The position numbers and the translations under genes are program-made. Below, one piece after another: positions 1-8,891 of a DNA stretch of 62,855 nucleotides. How positions within the stretch are numbered: position 1 is the first letter of the stretch; the number at the start of each line of letters is the position of its first letter. The notes below the pieces were generated by a model. The model was not told the DNA's origin. It did no database searches and saw only the letters and a list, made by a program, of their open reading frames with translations. Source of the DNA: a bacterium UBP6_UBA1209 (lineage in GTDB: Bacteria; UBP6; UBA1177); NCBI GenBank assembly GCA_002309575.1, contig DBXP01000012.1:1-62855 (forward strand), read 5' to 3'.

Positions 1-1229
1 TCAACGGCTATGCACGCTGTTATGACAAAATTCCAGCAGGAGATTATGATGGTTTATTTGCCGATCCTAGGATTGAATCTCAAATAAAGCAAAGTCTTGG
101 ATATGATGAAGATTATGAGCTTGCCGAAGAAGATTTGGAAAAAGTCAAAGAAATAACTTTGTCTGTTAAAGACATCCGCGGTGTCGAAAAACTTGTAAAC
201 CTTAAATCTGTTAAGATTTCAACTGGAAAAATCTATGATTACACTCCACTTTCCGAATTGAAAAAATTAAAAAAGGTCGTAATTAATGCCGAAAGCATGA
301 CCTGTCTCGACGGATCGTTTTCACAGCTAACTAATCTTGAAACTCTTGAAATCAGAGAAACAAAGTTGAAGGATGTCTCTCCTGTGGAGCAGCTTGTAAA
401 TCTTACAAGTTTAGATTTGCTGGAAAACCAAATAAAATTTTTACCTGAAAATATCAGCAACCTGCAACAATTGGAATTTTTAGCTTTTTCGCACAATAAT
501 GTTCAGGATATAAATCCGCTTAAATCACTTACAAATTTAAAAAAATTATTTTTCCATTACAACTATGTCGAAGATATTTCCCCAGTAAAAGATTTAGTGA
601 ATTTGACTAGTCTCGGAGGTAGTTTCAACAAAATCAAAGACCTTTCTCCTGTCACAAATTTGGTAAACTTAACTTCTTATTTAGGGTTTCACCAAAACCA
701 GATCAAAGAAATTCCGAAAGATATAATAAATCTGAGAAAATTACAGGAACTTGATTTGACATATAACGAAATCAGCAACTTGCCTGAATTGAAAGGACTG
801 GATTCTATTGTCACGGTGAGACTTTCTTATAATGAACTAAACAATGATGATTTTATTAAACTTAATGAACTTGAAACTGTAGGATTTTTGGATCTTTGTT
901 TCAACAAAATCACAAAAGTTCCGCATTTGAAGGATTTAAAATCTTTGCAATACATGCTTTTAGTTGGAAACGAGATTACTGATCTTTCAGGATTTGCAGA
1001 CAAAGAATCGTTTCCGGTACTTAAGCAACTTGAACTTCAATACAACAAAATAGAAAATGCAGAACCGTTGAGAAAAAGAGATGGCTTGAGCCGTTTGAGC
1101 ATATACAACAATTGCATTAAAGATGTTTCTCCGCTTGAAGAATTACAAGAAAACGGAACCTATGTCTCAGGAATAGACAAGCAGCTGGAAAGCTGCGAGA
1201 ATACAATAACTTTAAGAAAAGGAGAGTGA
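1..1229 (+). CDS. Leucine-rich repeat (internalin-like LRR) protein, 5'-partial at window edge
   Basis: The frame of ORF 135..1229 stays open back to nt 3 (NGYARCYDKIPAGDYDGLFADPRIESQIKQSLGYDEDYELAEEDLEKV...), so the listed TTG start is probably internal. It contains many tandem ~22-aa units with an LxxLxxLxLxxNxIxDIsPL pattern, e.g. LVNLTSLDLLENQIKFLPENISNLQQLEFLAFSHNNVQDINPLKSLTNLKKL. GC is much lower than in the rest of the window. Confidence 0.85.
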   Translation, partial: NGYARCYDKIPAGDYDGLFADPRIESQIKQSLGYDEDYELAEEDLEKVKEITLSVKDIRGVEKLVNLKSVKISTGKIYDYTPLSELKKLKKVVINAESMTCLDGSFSQLTNLETLEIRETKLKDVSPVEQLVNLTSLDLLENQIKFLPENISNLQQLEFLAFSHNNVQDINPLKSLTNLKKLFFHYNYVEDISPVKDLVNLTSLGGSFNKIKDLSPVTNLVNLTSYLGFHQNQIKEIPKDIINLRKLQELDLTYNEISNLPELKGLDSIVTVRLSYNELNNDDFIKLNELETVGFLDLCFNKITKVPHLKDLKSLQYMLLVGNEITDLSGFADKESFPVLKQLELQYNKIENAEPLRKRDGLSRLSIYNNCIKDVSPLEELQENGTYVSGIDKQLESCENTITLRKGE

Positions 1230-1261
1230 GATGAGAAAAAATTTACGACATTTCCGATCCA

Positions 1262-1573
1262 ATGATGCCTGTTTTAGTTCCATCTTTTTCGACAAGCAGC
1301 AGAGTCAACGACCTTGAAGTTTACGGCAATGCTCTTTTTGCCGCGACAAACAGCGGACTCTACAAACTCGATGCAAGCGATCCCGATGAACTTTCGCAAA
1401 TACTTTTCGTTCCGGCACTTTGCGGAAACGGCATAGTCGAAGGTGACGAAGTATGCGACGGAGGCCAGATCGATTGTGAAGAGTTGGATTCAAATTATGT
1501 CAGTGGAACCGCAACCTGCAATTCGACCTGTGACGGCTACAACACCAATAATTGTTCAGATGACGGGTGGTAA
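1262..1573 (+). CDS. Hypothetical protein; probable remnant of a larger secreted repeat protein (LVIVD-like blade plus Cys-rich CGNG..CD repeat)
   Basis: The frame is open from nt 1235 (EKIYDISDPMMPVLVPSFSTSSRVNDLEVYGNALFAATNSGLYKLDASDPDE), which resembles LVIVD-type propeller repeats. This is followed by CGNGIVEGDEVCDGG...C, the same motif seen in the giant protein at 47574. There is no signal peptide and no convincing RBS. Confidence 0.4.
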   Translation: MMPVLVPSFSTSSRVNDLEVYGNALFAATNSGLYKLDASDPDELSQILFVPALCGNGIVEGDEVCDGGQIDCEELDSNYVSGTATCNSTCDGYNTNNCSDDGW

Positions 1574-1707
1574 ACACCAGTCATCTTGAGCAACGCGAAA
1601 CATCTGAAGAAGACTACTATCATCCCGACAGATGTCCTTACAGCGATTGCACGCCCAATCCGGATAATCCCAAAATTCCGGTGTGGAGAAAAAAGTAATC
1701 TTTAGTC

Positions 1708-3093
1708 CTACAGCTCGCTTCCTGTGATTATTGCAAGTTCGTCGAGAGCGGTTTTGTATTTGTAGAGGTTTGCGATCTCTTCAGTCTTTGATTTCTTGAC
1801 CATGAGCTGGGAGTTCAGAAGCTCGGTTTCGGTGGTCATCTGCTTTTCGTATTTCGCTTCCTGGATCTTGCGGGTGACTTCGGCGGCTTCGATCTGCGTT
1901 TTGTTCTGCTCGATCGCCTTTTCGAGGACTTTGATGTCCGCCATCAGTTTTTTGACCTGGAGCGTCATATCCTTTTTGAGCTTGATGTTTTCGAGTTCGG
2001 TCGAAACGGACGATGCTTTGACTGCCTGGTATTCGAAATACTGGCGGGCTGTGTCGAAGCCGAATTCCCACCTTGCGACTGCGCCGAAGAACATCACTCC
2101 TTCGGGGTTTATGATCGTCGAATCCCAGTTCTGCTTGAATCCGAATGTCAGCGCGACCTGCGGGATGAAGTTCTGGATGGCTTTTTTGTTTAATCTGTCC
2201 TGAATTTCGTTCTTTTTGTTGAGCATAAGCATTTCGGTCCTGTTGCTCGCCTGAGCCTCGATGATTTCATCCTCGCTTTTTGTGATTTCGCGGAATTCGG
2301 GTTTGTCGTACTTGATTTCAAAGCTGTTTTCCTCGCGGTTCATGAACATGGCGAGCGCGGCTTTGATGACCGACTGGTTGCCCATGTATTTCTCTTTTTC
2401 GACTTCGAGAGCAGCCCTTTCGACCTTGATTTTGTAGAGCGCTGTCTCATCGATAAGTCCGGCTTTGTGGAATTTTTCGGCGTTTTTCTCGTAGCGCTCA
2501 AGTTGCTCGAAAGATTCGTCGAGAAGTTTCAGGATGTCGCTCAGCATGTTGTATGAGTTGTAGACTTTGACGATCTCGAGCTTGATTTTGTCCTTGGTAA
2601 GTTCCGATTTGAGCTTGGAAATTTCCGATTTCAGTTCAAGCGCCTTGTAACCCTGATAGATCCCCCAGAGCGGCGTGAGCGGCTGAACAAGCGTGAGGTC
2701 GAGCGTCCTCTGGTGTGTCGGCACGCCTAGGTCGATCGTCATCGGAGGAAGCTCTGTCGGGAGCGTGATGCTGATGGGAAGTCCCGCCATCGATTCGTCG
2801 AGAGACTGCTGGAGCATGCCGAGTACCGGCGAGAGGTCGACGGTGAGTTTTTCGGGCTCTGGGAAGTATTCAAGTTTCAGAAGTTTCGCCTCGAGCGAGA
2901 TCGTCGGGAAGAAGCGCATGAAAACGGCTTTTCTTTCGTATTCGTCCTTTCCGGACTTCGTATCCTCCGCCTTTATCGCCTCGCTGTTTTCTATCGCGAT
3001 CGAGATGATCTCGTCTATGCCGAGTTCTTCGGCGTTTAGGCCAAAAACAAGTATCGTTAATAAACAAAGTGTTGAAATGATTGAACGTTTCAT
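1708..3093 (-). CDS. TolC-family outer membrane efflux protein
   Basis: It has a signal peptide (MKRSIISTLCLLTILVFGLNA) and long coiled, helix-rich sequence typical of the OEP family. It is the last gene of the RND operon. I chose the start at 3093 (GGAGGAATAAGATG: RBS, then the upstream gene's stop, then ATG) rather than the ORF-track start at 3126. Confidence 0.85.
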   Translation of the reverse strand: MKRSIISTLCLLTILVFGLNAEELGIDEIISIAIENSEAIKAEDTKSGKDEYERKAVFMRFFPTISLEAKLLKLEYFPEPEKLTVDLSPVLGMLQQSLDESMAGLPISITLPTELPPMTIDLGVPTHQRTLDLTLVQPLTPLWGIYQGYKALELKSEISKLKSELTKDKIKLEIVKVYNSYNMLSDILKLLDESFEQLERYEKNAEKFHKAGLIDETALYKIKVERAALEVEKEKYMGNQSVIKAALAMFMNREENSFEIKYDKPEFREITKSEDEIIEAQASNRTEMLMLNKKNEIQDRLNKKAIQNFIPQVALTFGFKQNWDSTIINPEGVMFFGAVARWEFGFDTARQYFEYQAVKASSVSTELENIKLKKDMTLQVKKLMADIKVLEKAIEQNKTQIEAAEVTRKIQEAKYEKQMTTETELLNSQLMVKKSKTEEIANLYKYKTALDELAIITGSEL

Positions 3094-3094
3094 C

Positions 3095-3415
3095 TTATTC
3101 CTCCTTTTTTTCATCGGAATAGACATAATTCTCGCATTCCCATGAGGCAGCCAGAATACGCTCGTTTTCGTTCACGATCTCGGTGTTCATCCTGCGGATC
3201 GTGTTCAGAAACTCGCTGCATTTTTCGGGCGTTACCTGAAGGAAAACAACAGCGTTCGTGCCGGGCCAGACCGATGTGTTCATTCTCGGATTGCCGTTTT
3301 CAAAGGACCCGGCGGTGTTTTCGACGATCTGGAAAGTCTTTATTCCGAGTCCCTTTATCTCCTCTGTCAGCTGTTCGAGTTTGGAGATGTTGCAGCTTAC
3401 ATATATGAATTTCAT
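3095..3415 (-). CDS. Small P-II-like transporter-associated protein (DUF3240 / PG0541-like)
   Basis: This is a 106-aa ORF wedged between the RND pump (ATGA overlap at 3412-3415) and TolC. MKFIYVSCN...GNPRMNTSVWPGTNAVVFLQV matches my recollection of the small P-II-fold proteins found in RND/Czc operons. The assignment is from memory and not HMM-verified. Confidence 0.65.
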   Translation of the reverse strand: MKFIYVSCNISKLEQLTEEIKGLGIKTFQIVENTAGSFENGNPRMNTSVWPGTNAVVFLQVTPEKCSEFLNTIRRMNTEIVNENERILAASWECENYVYSDEKKEE

Positions 3416-6400
3416 TCTTCGCCTCCTTCTTCTGCAGCGGCCTTTGCGGCCTTTGCCTCCTTGATCATCTCCCTTGTGTGCATTATCGCGTATATCGCAG
3501 GGATGAGAAGCAGTGTTACGATCGTCGAAACGGTGAGTCCGCCGATTACGGTGATACCGAGCGGTTTCCAGATCTCGGAACCTGCGCCGTTGTTAGCCGC
3601 CATCGGGATCATTCCTACGATGGTTGTTATCGCTGTCATCAGAACGGGTCTGAGTCTCGATCTGCCGCCCTCCTTGATGGCTTCGACTATCGAATAGCCT
3701 CTGCCGCGCAGAAGGTTCGTGTAGTCAACAAGAACGATACCGTTGTTGACGACGATACCCAGAAGCATGATGATACCGACAAATGTTACCGCGCTGAGAG
3801 TCGTCCCCGTGAGGATGAAGGCCCAGACGACGCCGATGATCGAAAGCGGGACCGTGAACATGATGATGAACGGGTCGCGAAGTGATTCGAACTGGCTCGC
3901 CATGATCGCGTAAATCAGGAAAAGGCTTATCAGGAAGAGGATCTTCATATCGCCGAAGGTAGACTGCTGGTCGACGACCTGACCGCCGAGCTCGATGTAG
4001 ACATCGGGGTCGATAGTCTCGTTTTTGATGATCTCCGTGACGTTTTTAGCAGCCTCGCCGAGCGAGATGTTGTTGAGACCGAGCTTCAGGTAGACGATCC
4101 TCTGCTGCGTTTCGTGGAGGATCTTCATGGGGCCGCTTGTCTCCTCGATGATGCCTACTGCGCTGAGCGGGATGAGCTCGCCTGTCGCCGAAGTGAGCAT
4201 GATGTTCTTCAGATCGCTGATCTTGCTGCGTTTTGCTTTGTCGTAGCGGATCACGATCTTGTATTCGTCGTTATCCTGCTTGTATTCGCCTGAATCTGCG
4301 CCGTAGAGGCTTTCACGCACCGCAAGCGCTGCCATTCCGGCGTTGATCCCGAGTCTGGCGAGCTTTACACGGTCGAATTTGACGGTGATCTCGGGTTTGC
4401 CGCGGTCGGCGGTCGATTCGATGTCCTGAAGATATGGCTGAGCTTCAAGAATCTTCTGAAGACGGTCGCTCGTTTCGGCAAGTTTGCCGAGGTCGTGACC
4501 TTTGATTTTGATCTCGATCGGTTTGCTTGAACCGAGTATCGCGCTCTGGAGGAGCGATCCTGCGTTCATCGAGAAGGAGACGATTTCGGGGATCTCCTCG
4601 ACTTCTCTCCTTATCTTCGCGGCGACATCCTTGACATGGTACGTTCTGTGGTTGCGGTTTACGATCTTGACCATGACCGTCGCGACGTTTTTGCCCTCCG
4701 AAAATCCGAAAAGCGAAAGGAGACCGCTGTCAGTCTGACCGGTGATCGAGTAGTAGGTCCTGACATCGTCCATGTTTACGTTTCTTTTGACTATCTCTTC
4801 AATCTTCCGTGCCACATCGACAGTGCGGTCCGGATCAACACTCGTTTCGAGTTCGGCTGTCGCTACCATATCGCCCATATCGAACTCCGGGATGTAGTCG
4901 GTCCCGGTGCCGAGAGCGGCCTTGATAGTGAAGAAGAATACGACCGCGACGGCAAGAACAACGAGCCATCTGAGCTTGATCGAAAGCCCGAGCAGCGACT
5001 TGTAGAGTTTTTCGATAAGTACGAAGAGCTTTTCCGAAGCGTTGTACAAAAATCCGTGTTTTGTCTCCTTGATTTTTCTCTTCATCAGGACAGAGCTCAG
5101 CATCGGAGCAAGCGAAAGCGAGACGAGAAGCGATGCCGCGATCGTTACCGATGCGACGAACGCCAGCTGTTTGAAGAGAAGTCCGACGATCCCGCTGACG
5201 AAGGCAAGCGGGATGAAAACCGCGACGGTCGTCAGGGTCGAAGCCGAAATGGCCGAAGTCATCTCGCCGGAACCGAAAATCGCCGCTTCGGCCGGACGCG
5301 AGCCCTCCTCGATGTGCCGCGTGATGTTCTCGAAAACGACGACGGTGTTGTCGACGACCATTCCGAGCGTTATCGAAAGCGCCATGAGCGAGAAGATGTT
5401 TATCGTATATCCGCAGACATACATGAAAATCAGACCGATGATGAGCGAGAAGGGGATCGTAAGCGTAATGATGAGGCTTCCGCGCCATTCACGCAGGAAA
5501 ACAAGGATGACAAGAATGACGAAAACCATCGCGTAGGCTGCCGTCGTCCCGAGGTTTTTGATAGACATCTCGATCATTTCCGAAGTGTCGTTGAGCTCCT
5601 CGATCACAACGTCGGAGGGTACGTTTTTGCGTATCTCCTCCATTGCCGCCTTGATGTTTCTTGCGACCTCAAGTGTATTTGCGCCGCTCTGCTTCTGCGT
5701 CATGATGACGGCCATCGTCTTTCCTTTTGCCGTGGCCGTGAAGTCCTGCTCTTTGAGCTTGTCCCTGATTTCCGCGATAGAGGAGAGTTTCACCATGCTG
5801 CCGTCTTTCGCGGGGATCATTATCTCGCCGATCTCGTCGACCGAGTCGAATTCTGCCGGGACACGTACCGAAATATCCATTCCGCCGGTCTTTATGCTGC
5901 CGCCGGGAACGGAGATATTCTGCGTCTCCAGGAGTTTTGCTATCATGCTGACCGATATCCCGCTGGAACGGAGCTTTACCGGGTCGACCACTATTTCGAT
6001 CTCTCTTTTCGGTGCGCCGAGTGTTATAAGTCCGCCGATTCCGTCGACCTGTTTAAGCCTTCCTTCGATCCTGTCGTCGATGATTTTCGCAAGTCCCATC
6101 GCGCTCTCTTTCGCTGAGATGCCGTACATGATGACGGGGACCATCGAGCTGTCGACTTTGACGATCATCGGGTCGTAAGAATAGGATGGAAGCACCTTTT
6201 TGACAGGGTCGATCCTGTCGCGGACGTCGTTTGTCGCTTCGCCGATCTGCGTTCCGAAGTTGAATTCCAGCATGATGAAGCTGACGTTTTCCTTTGAAAC
6301 CGATTTCAGCGATTTGATTTTTGGAACGCCGGCAAGCTGTTTTTCAAGCGGTTTCGTGACCTGCTGTTCGACATCTTCCGACGAGGCGCCGGGAAGGATC

Positions 6401-6546
6401 GTGACAACGGTGAGCGACGGGTATTCGACCTCAGGCAGGATGTCGAGCTTGAGCGCGTAGAATGCGAGAAGACCGAAAATCAGGATGCCTGTGAATATCA
6501 TCGATATCGTGACAGGCTTTTTTACTGCAATCTGTGACAGTCTCAT
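3412..6546 (-). CDS. RND efflux permease (AcrB/CzcA superfamily)
   Basis: The protein is 1044 aa with the typical 12-TM, two-large-loop layout. The N-terminus (IAVKKPVTISMIFTGILIFGLLAFYALKLDILPEVEYPSLTVVT) is typical. The conserved TM4 region (MALSITLGMVVDNTVVVFENI) and the C-terminal repeat (LGIVVNNGIVLVDY) are present. Confidence 0.95.
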   Translation of the reverse strand: MRLSQIAVKKPVTISMIFTGILIFGLLAFYALKLDILPEVEYPSLTVVTILPGASSEDVEQQVTKPLEKQLAGVPKIKSLKSVSKENVSFIMLEFNFGTQIGEATNDVRDRIDPVKKVLPSYSYDPMIVKVDSSMVPVIMYGISAKESAMGLAKIIDDRIEGRLKQVDGIGGLITLGAPKREIEIVVDPVKLRSSGISVSMIAKLLETQNISVPGGSIKTGGMDISVRVPAEFDSVDEIGEIMIPAKDGSMVKLSSIAEIRDKLKEQDFTATAKGKTMAVIMTQKQSGANTLEVARNIKAAMEEIRKNVPSDVVIEELNDTSEMIEMSIKNLGTTAAYAMVFVILVILVFLREWRGSLIITLTIPFSLIIGLIFMYVCGYTINIFSLMALSITLGMVVDNTVVVFENITRHIEEGSRPAEAAIFGSGEMTSAISASTLTTVAVFIPLAFVSGIVGLLFKQLAFVASVTIAASLLVSLSLAPMLSSVLMKRKIKETKHGFLYNASEKLFVLIEKLYKSLLGLSIKLRWLVVLAVAVVFFFTIKAALGTGTDYIPEFDMGDMVATAELETSVDPDRTVDVARKIEEIVKRNVNMDDVRTYYSITGQTDSGLLSLFGFSEGKNVATVMVKIVNRNHRTYHVKDVAAKIRREVEEIPEIVSFSMNAGSLLQSAILGSSKPIEIKIKGHDLGKLAETSDRLQKILEAQPYLQDIESTADRGKPEITVKFDRVKLARLGINAGMAALAVRESLYGADSGEYKQDNDEYKIVIRYDKAKRSKISDLKNIMLTSATGELIPLSAVGIIEETSGPMKILHETQQRIVYLKLGLNNISLGEAAKNVTEIIKNETIDPDVYIELGGQVVDQQSTFGDMKILFLISLFLIYAIMASQFESLRDPFIIMFTVPLSIIGVVWAFILTGTTLSAVTFVGIIMLLGIVVNNGIVLVDYTNLLRGRGYSIVEAIKEGGRSRLRPVLMTAITTIVGMIPMAANNGAGSEIWKPLGITVIGGLTVSTIVTLLLIPAIYAIMHTREMIKEAKAAKAAAEEGGEE

Positions 6547-6554
6547 GGCAGCCC

Positions 6555-7607
6555 CTACTTGTCGCTGACAGTAACAGGAACGTTGTCTCTGAGTTTAGTC
6601 TTGCCTGCACTGACCACCTTTTCGCCGCTTTCAATGCCTTTGACAGCATAGAATTCGCCTAAATCTTCAATGATTTCGACCTCTTTTCTGATCGCGACGT
6701 CGTTCTCGACAACAAAGAGATGGTGCTGGTTCGTTCCTGCCTGACGGGCGACCGCAAGACGCGGGACCATGACAGCCTTGATTTCGGGAAGCGAGATCCT
6801 GACCCTGCCGAACATGCCGGGTTTTATCTGTTTTTTCGCGTTGTCTATCTCGATTTTGACGACCGCCGTTCTCGAAATTACCGAGACGAGCGTCTCCGTG
6901 GAGTAGATCTTGCCCTTGATTTTCGTGTCGGGGTAGGCATCGGCGACAACTTCGATATCCTTTATCTTCCGGATCAGCGGAAGTTCCTTTTCGTCGACCT
7001 GGATCTCAAGGAAGAGCCTGTTCAGATCCATGAAGCGTATGATCCCGTTCGCATGGGAAAAACCCGGAGTGAGTCCCGGATTTATCAGCATGAACTCCTC
7101 GCCTTCGCGGAGCATGTGTTCCGCGACCATTCCGTCGAAGGGGGCGATGATCTCCATATTTTCTTTCGTCATTTTGACCTTTGCCTTGGTCGCGTTGAGC
7201 TTCGCCTCAAGGTGGTCGAGCTGCTGCTGCGGAAGAACTCCGGAATCGACGAGGTCTTTGACTCTTTCGTAGTCTTTTTCGACTGCCTCGAGCTCAGCTT
7301 CCGCCGCTTCAGCCATTTCGCCTGAAAGCGTAACGATCACAGAACCTTTCGGAACTGTAGCGCCCTCGCGGTAGTGGATCTTCTTGATCTTCCCGGGCAT
7401 CCTCGCCGAGAGGTTCGCCTCTCTGAATGGTTTGAACGAGCCGCCGAACTCAAGGACCGGCGAGTAACTTTCCTCCTTGGCCTCGACTACCGCGACTATA
7501 GGCTTCTTTTCCGCGACGGGTGCCAGCTGTTGCTGTTCAGCCTGATTGTCCTCAACGCAGCCAACCAGCGCTGTTAAGAAAAACGTGAGAAGAACGATCT
7601 TTTTCAT
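6555..7607 (-). CDS. RND periplasmic adaptor (membrane fusion protein, HlyD/AcrA family)
   Basis: It has a lipobox signal (LTALVGC), coiled-coil hairpin and beta-barrel segments, and sits directly upstream of the RND permease. An AGGAG RBS lies 8 nt before the ATG. Confidence 0.9.
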   Translation of the reverse strand: MKKIVLLTFFLTALVGCVEDNQAEQQQLAPVAEKKPIVAVVEAKEESYSPVLEFGGSFKPFREANLSARMPGKIKKIHYREGATVPKGSVIVTLSGEMAEAAEAELEAVEKDYERVKDLVDSGVLPQQQLDHLEAKLNATKAKVKMTKENMEIIAPFDGMVAEHMLREGEEFMLINPGLTPGFSHANGIIRFMDLNRLFLEIQVDEKELPLIRKIKDIEVVADAYPDTKIKGKIYSTETLVSVISRTAVVKIEIDNAKKQIKPGMFGRVRISLPEIKAVMVPRLAVARQAGTNQHHLFVVENDVAIRKEVEIIEDLGEFYAVKGIESGEKVVSAGKTKLRDNVPVTVSDK

Positions 7608-7617
7608 TTGTGCACTC

Positions 7618-8211
7618 CTATTTTAAAATTCCTGAATTAAATACGGTTGTTACAGTCTTTTTCACAGCGTCATAGTTGTCCGCTTCAGGTGAAATTTCAT
7701 CTGTCAGAAAGAAGAGGTTCGATACGACGTCGATCATCTTTACGAGGACTTTCGTGTCTATCCCCTGTCTGATCTTGCCTTTTTCGGCATTCTCTTCGAG
7801 CTTTCTGCAGATGTTCTGCATCTTCTGGGCATGGATCGTGTGAAAGAGCGAAACCATGCGCTCCGGCATCTCGATGAGAGCCTTGGTGACAAAGAGGTAG
7901 GTCTCCTTGTTTTCCGAATAGTAATCCTTGTGGGCGTCAAAAAGCGTCTCGACGAACTGGTCCGGATCAGTGTTTTCAAGCTTCGCCGAAATGAAGTCGT
8001 ACATTTCGTCCGTGCAGAACTTCACTGATTCGAAAAAGAGCTCCTCCTTGTTGCTGAAATAGCGGTAGATAGCACCTTTCCCGACTCCTGCCGTCTTAGC
8101 TATTGCACCGATGTCTGAGAGATGGAAGCCGGAGTTGGCAAAGCTTGCAATAGCGGCCTTTAGGATCTTGAGCTTTCTTTCGATCTGGTTTTTTGTCATC
8201 TTGAAAAACAT
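7618..8211 (-). CDS. TetR/AcrR-family transcriptional regulator
   Basis: The N-terminal HTH (IAKTAGVGKGAIYRYFSNKEELF) is classic TetR_N. It is the first gene of the efflux operon. Confidence 0.9.
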   Translation of the reverse strand: MFFKMTKNQIERKLKILKAAIASFANSGFHLSDIGAIAKTAGVGKGAIYRYFSNKEELFFESVKFCTDEMYDFISAKLENTDPDQFVETLFDAHKDYYSENKETYLFVTKALIEMPERMVSLFHTIHAQKMQNICRKLEENAEKGKIRQGIDTKVLVKMIDVVSNLFFLTDEISPEADNYDAVKKTVTTVFNSGILK

Positions 8212-8360
8212 TTTGCCTCACTTATGAAACCTGCGGGTTCTAAAAAAAGGAACTCTGACGGGCTGTTTTTTAGTACTGCATAGTCAGAAGTCAAGGGAAA
8301 AAAAGGAAATGTTTGAAAAGACTGCTGAAAGGATCTCTGAAAATGTTTGTTGCGGCGGAA

Positions 8361-8891
8361 TTAGTCGGCAGGATTCGTTGCGGGCTGGTTTTTTGACTTG
8401 CTCTCTGTAGTCAATCCGGGATTCTCTTTGGACTGCCTGAATTTGTCCCGGGCGTTTTTGAACATGCCGTTGAGACGCTTTCTGTTCGACTTGTCCGGCT
8501 GCGGCTTTTCGAATTTCGGAAGCGTCTTGAGCCTGAGCTTTGGGCTGGTCAGAGGTACGACTCTTCTGGTATTTTTCTCCATGCGCATTTCGTCCATCTT
8601 TCGGATATCTTCGTTGGTATAGACGCGGGGCTCAAGAGTTTTAGGCTCTCTCTTTTCGATCGCTTTCGGAGGATTTTCCCGTTTTACAGGGATGTTAGGA
8701 GCTTTTTTCGGCTCTCCTTTTGAGAAAAACTCGTCTACCTGGCGGTCAAGATCGGAATACTTTTTCCGCTGGAGCTCTTCGATGCGTTCTCGCTCCTTGT
8801 CCCGGTTTTTCATGTAGGCTGAGCCGATCTGCCAGACAATAAAGAGCAGAGCGAAGGCGGCCGTGATGACCGCAATCTTATTTACCTTCAA
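8361..8891 (-). CDS. Hypothetical membrane-anchored, highly basic protein
   Basis: It has a single N-terminal TM (IAVITAAFALLFIVWQIGSAY) followed by a K/R/E-rich low-complexity tail. Its start overlaps the lgt stop by 14 nt. I recognised no family. Confidence 0.55.
   Translation of the reverse strand: MKVNKIAVITAAFALLFIVWQIGSAYMKNRDKERERIEELQRKKYSDLDRQVDEFFSKGEPKKAPNIPVKRENPPKAIEKREPKTLEPRVYTNEDIRKMDEMRMEKNTRRVVPLTSPKLRLKTLPKFEKPQPDKSNRKRLNGMFKNARDKFRQSKENPGLTTESKSKNQPATNPAD

Noticed and set aside
4636-6117. A 493-aa plus-strand ORF, and similar long ORFs at 10011..10784(-), 11654..12607(-), 13240..14322(-), 14920..15765(-), 33113..33886(-), 34827..35573(-), 35732..36487(-), 36598..37368(-), 38757..39749(+), 42223..43713(-), 53607..54419(-), 58851..59621(-) and 61331..62302(-).
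   Set aside because: Each lies antisense to, or out of frame with, a gene that has unmistakable conserved motifs (RND pump, tpiA, gap, pgk, ftcD, gltX, mrp, znuA-like, mraY, uvrD, malQ, recC, kinase). Their translations are R/D/H/E-rich low-complexity strings with no motifs. This is the usual shadow-ORF artefact of GC-rich third positions.
8226-8241. An inverted repeat, GAAACC-TGCG-GGTTCT, upstream of the TetR gene as a candidate operator.
   Set aside because: Only 4-5 bp of each arm pair. That is too weak to call by eye, and no second copy occurs near the operon.
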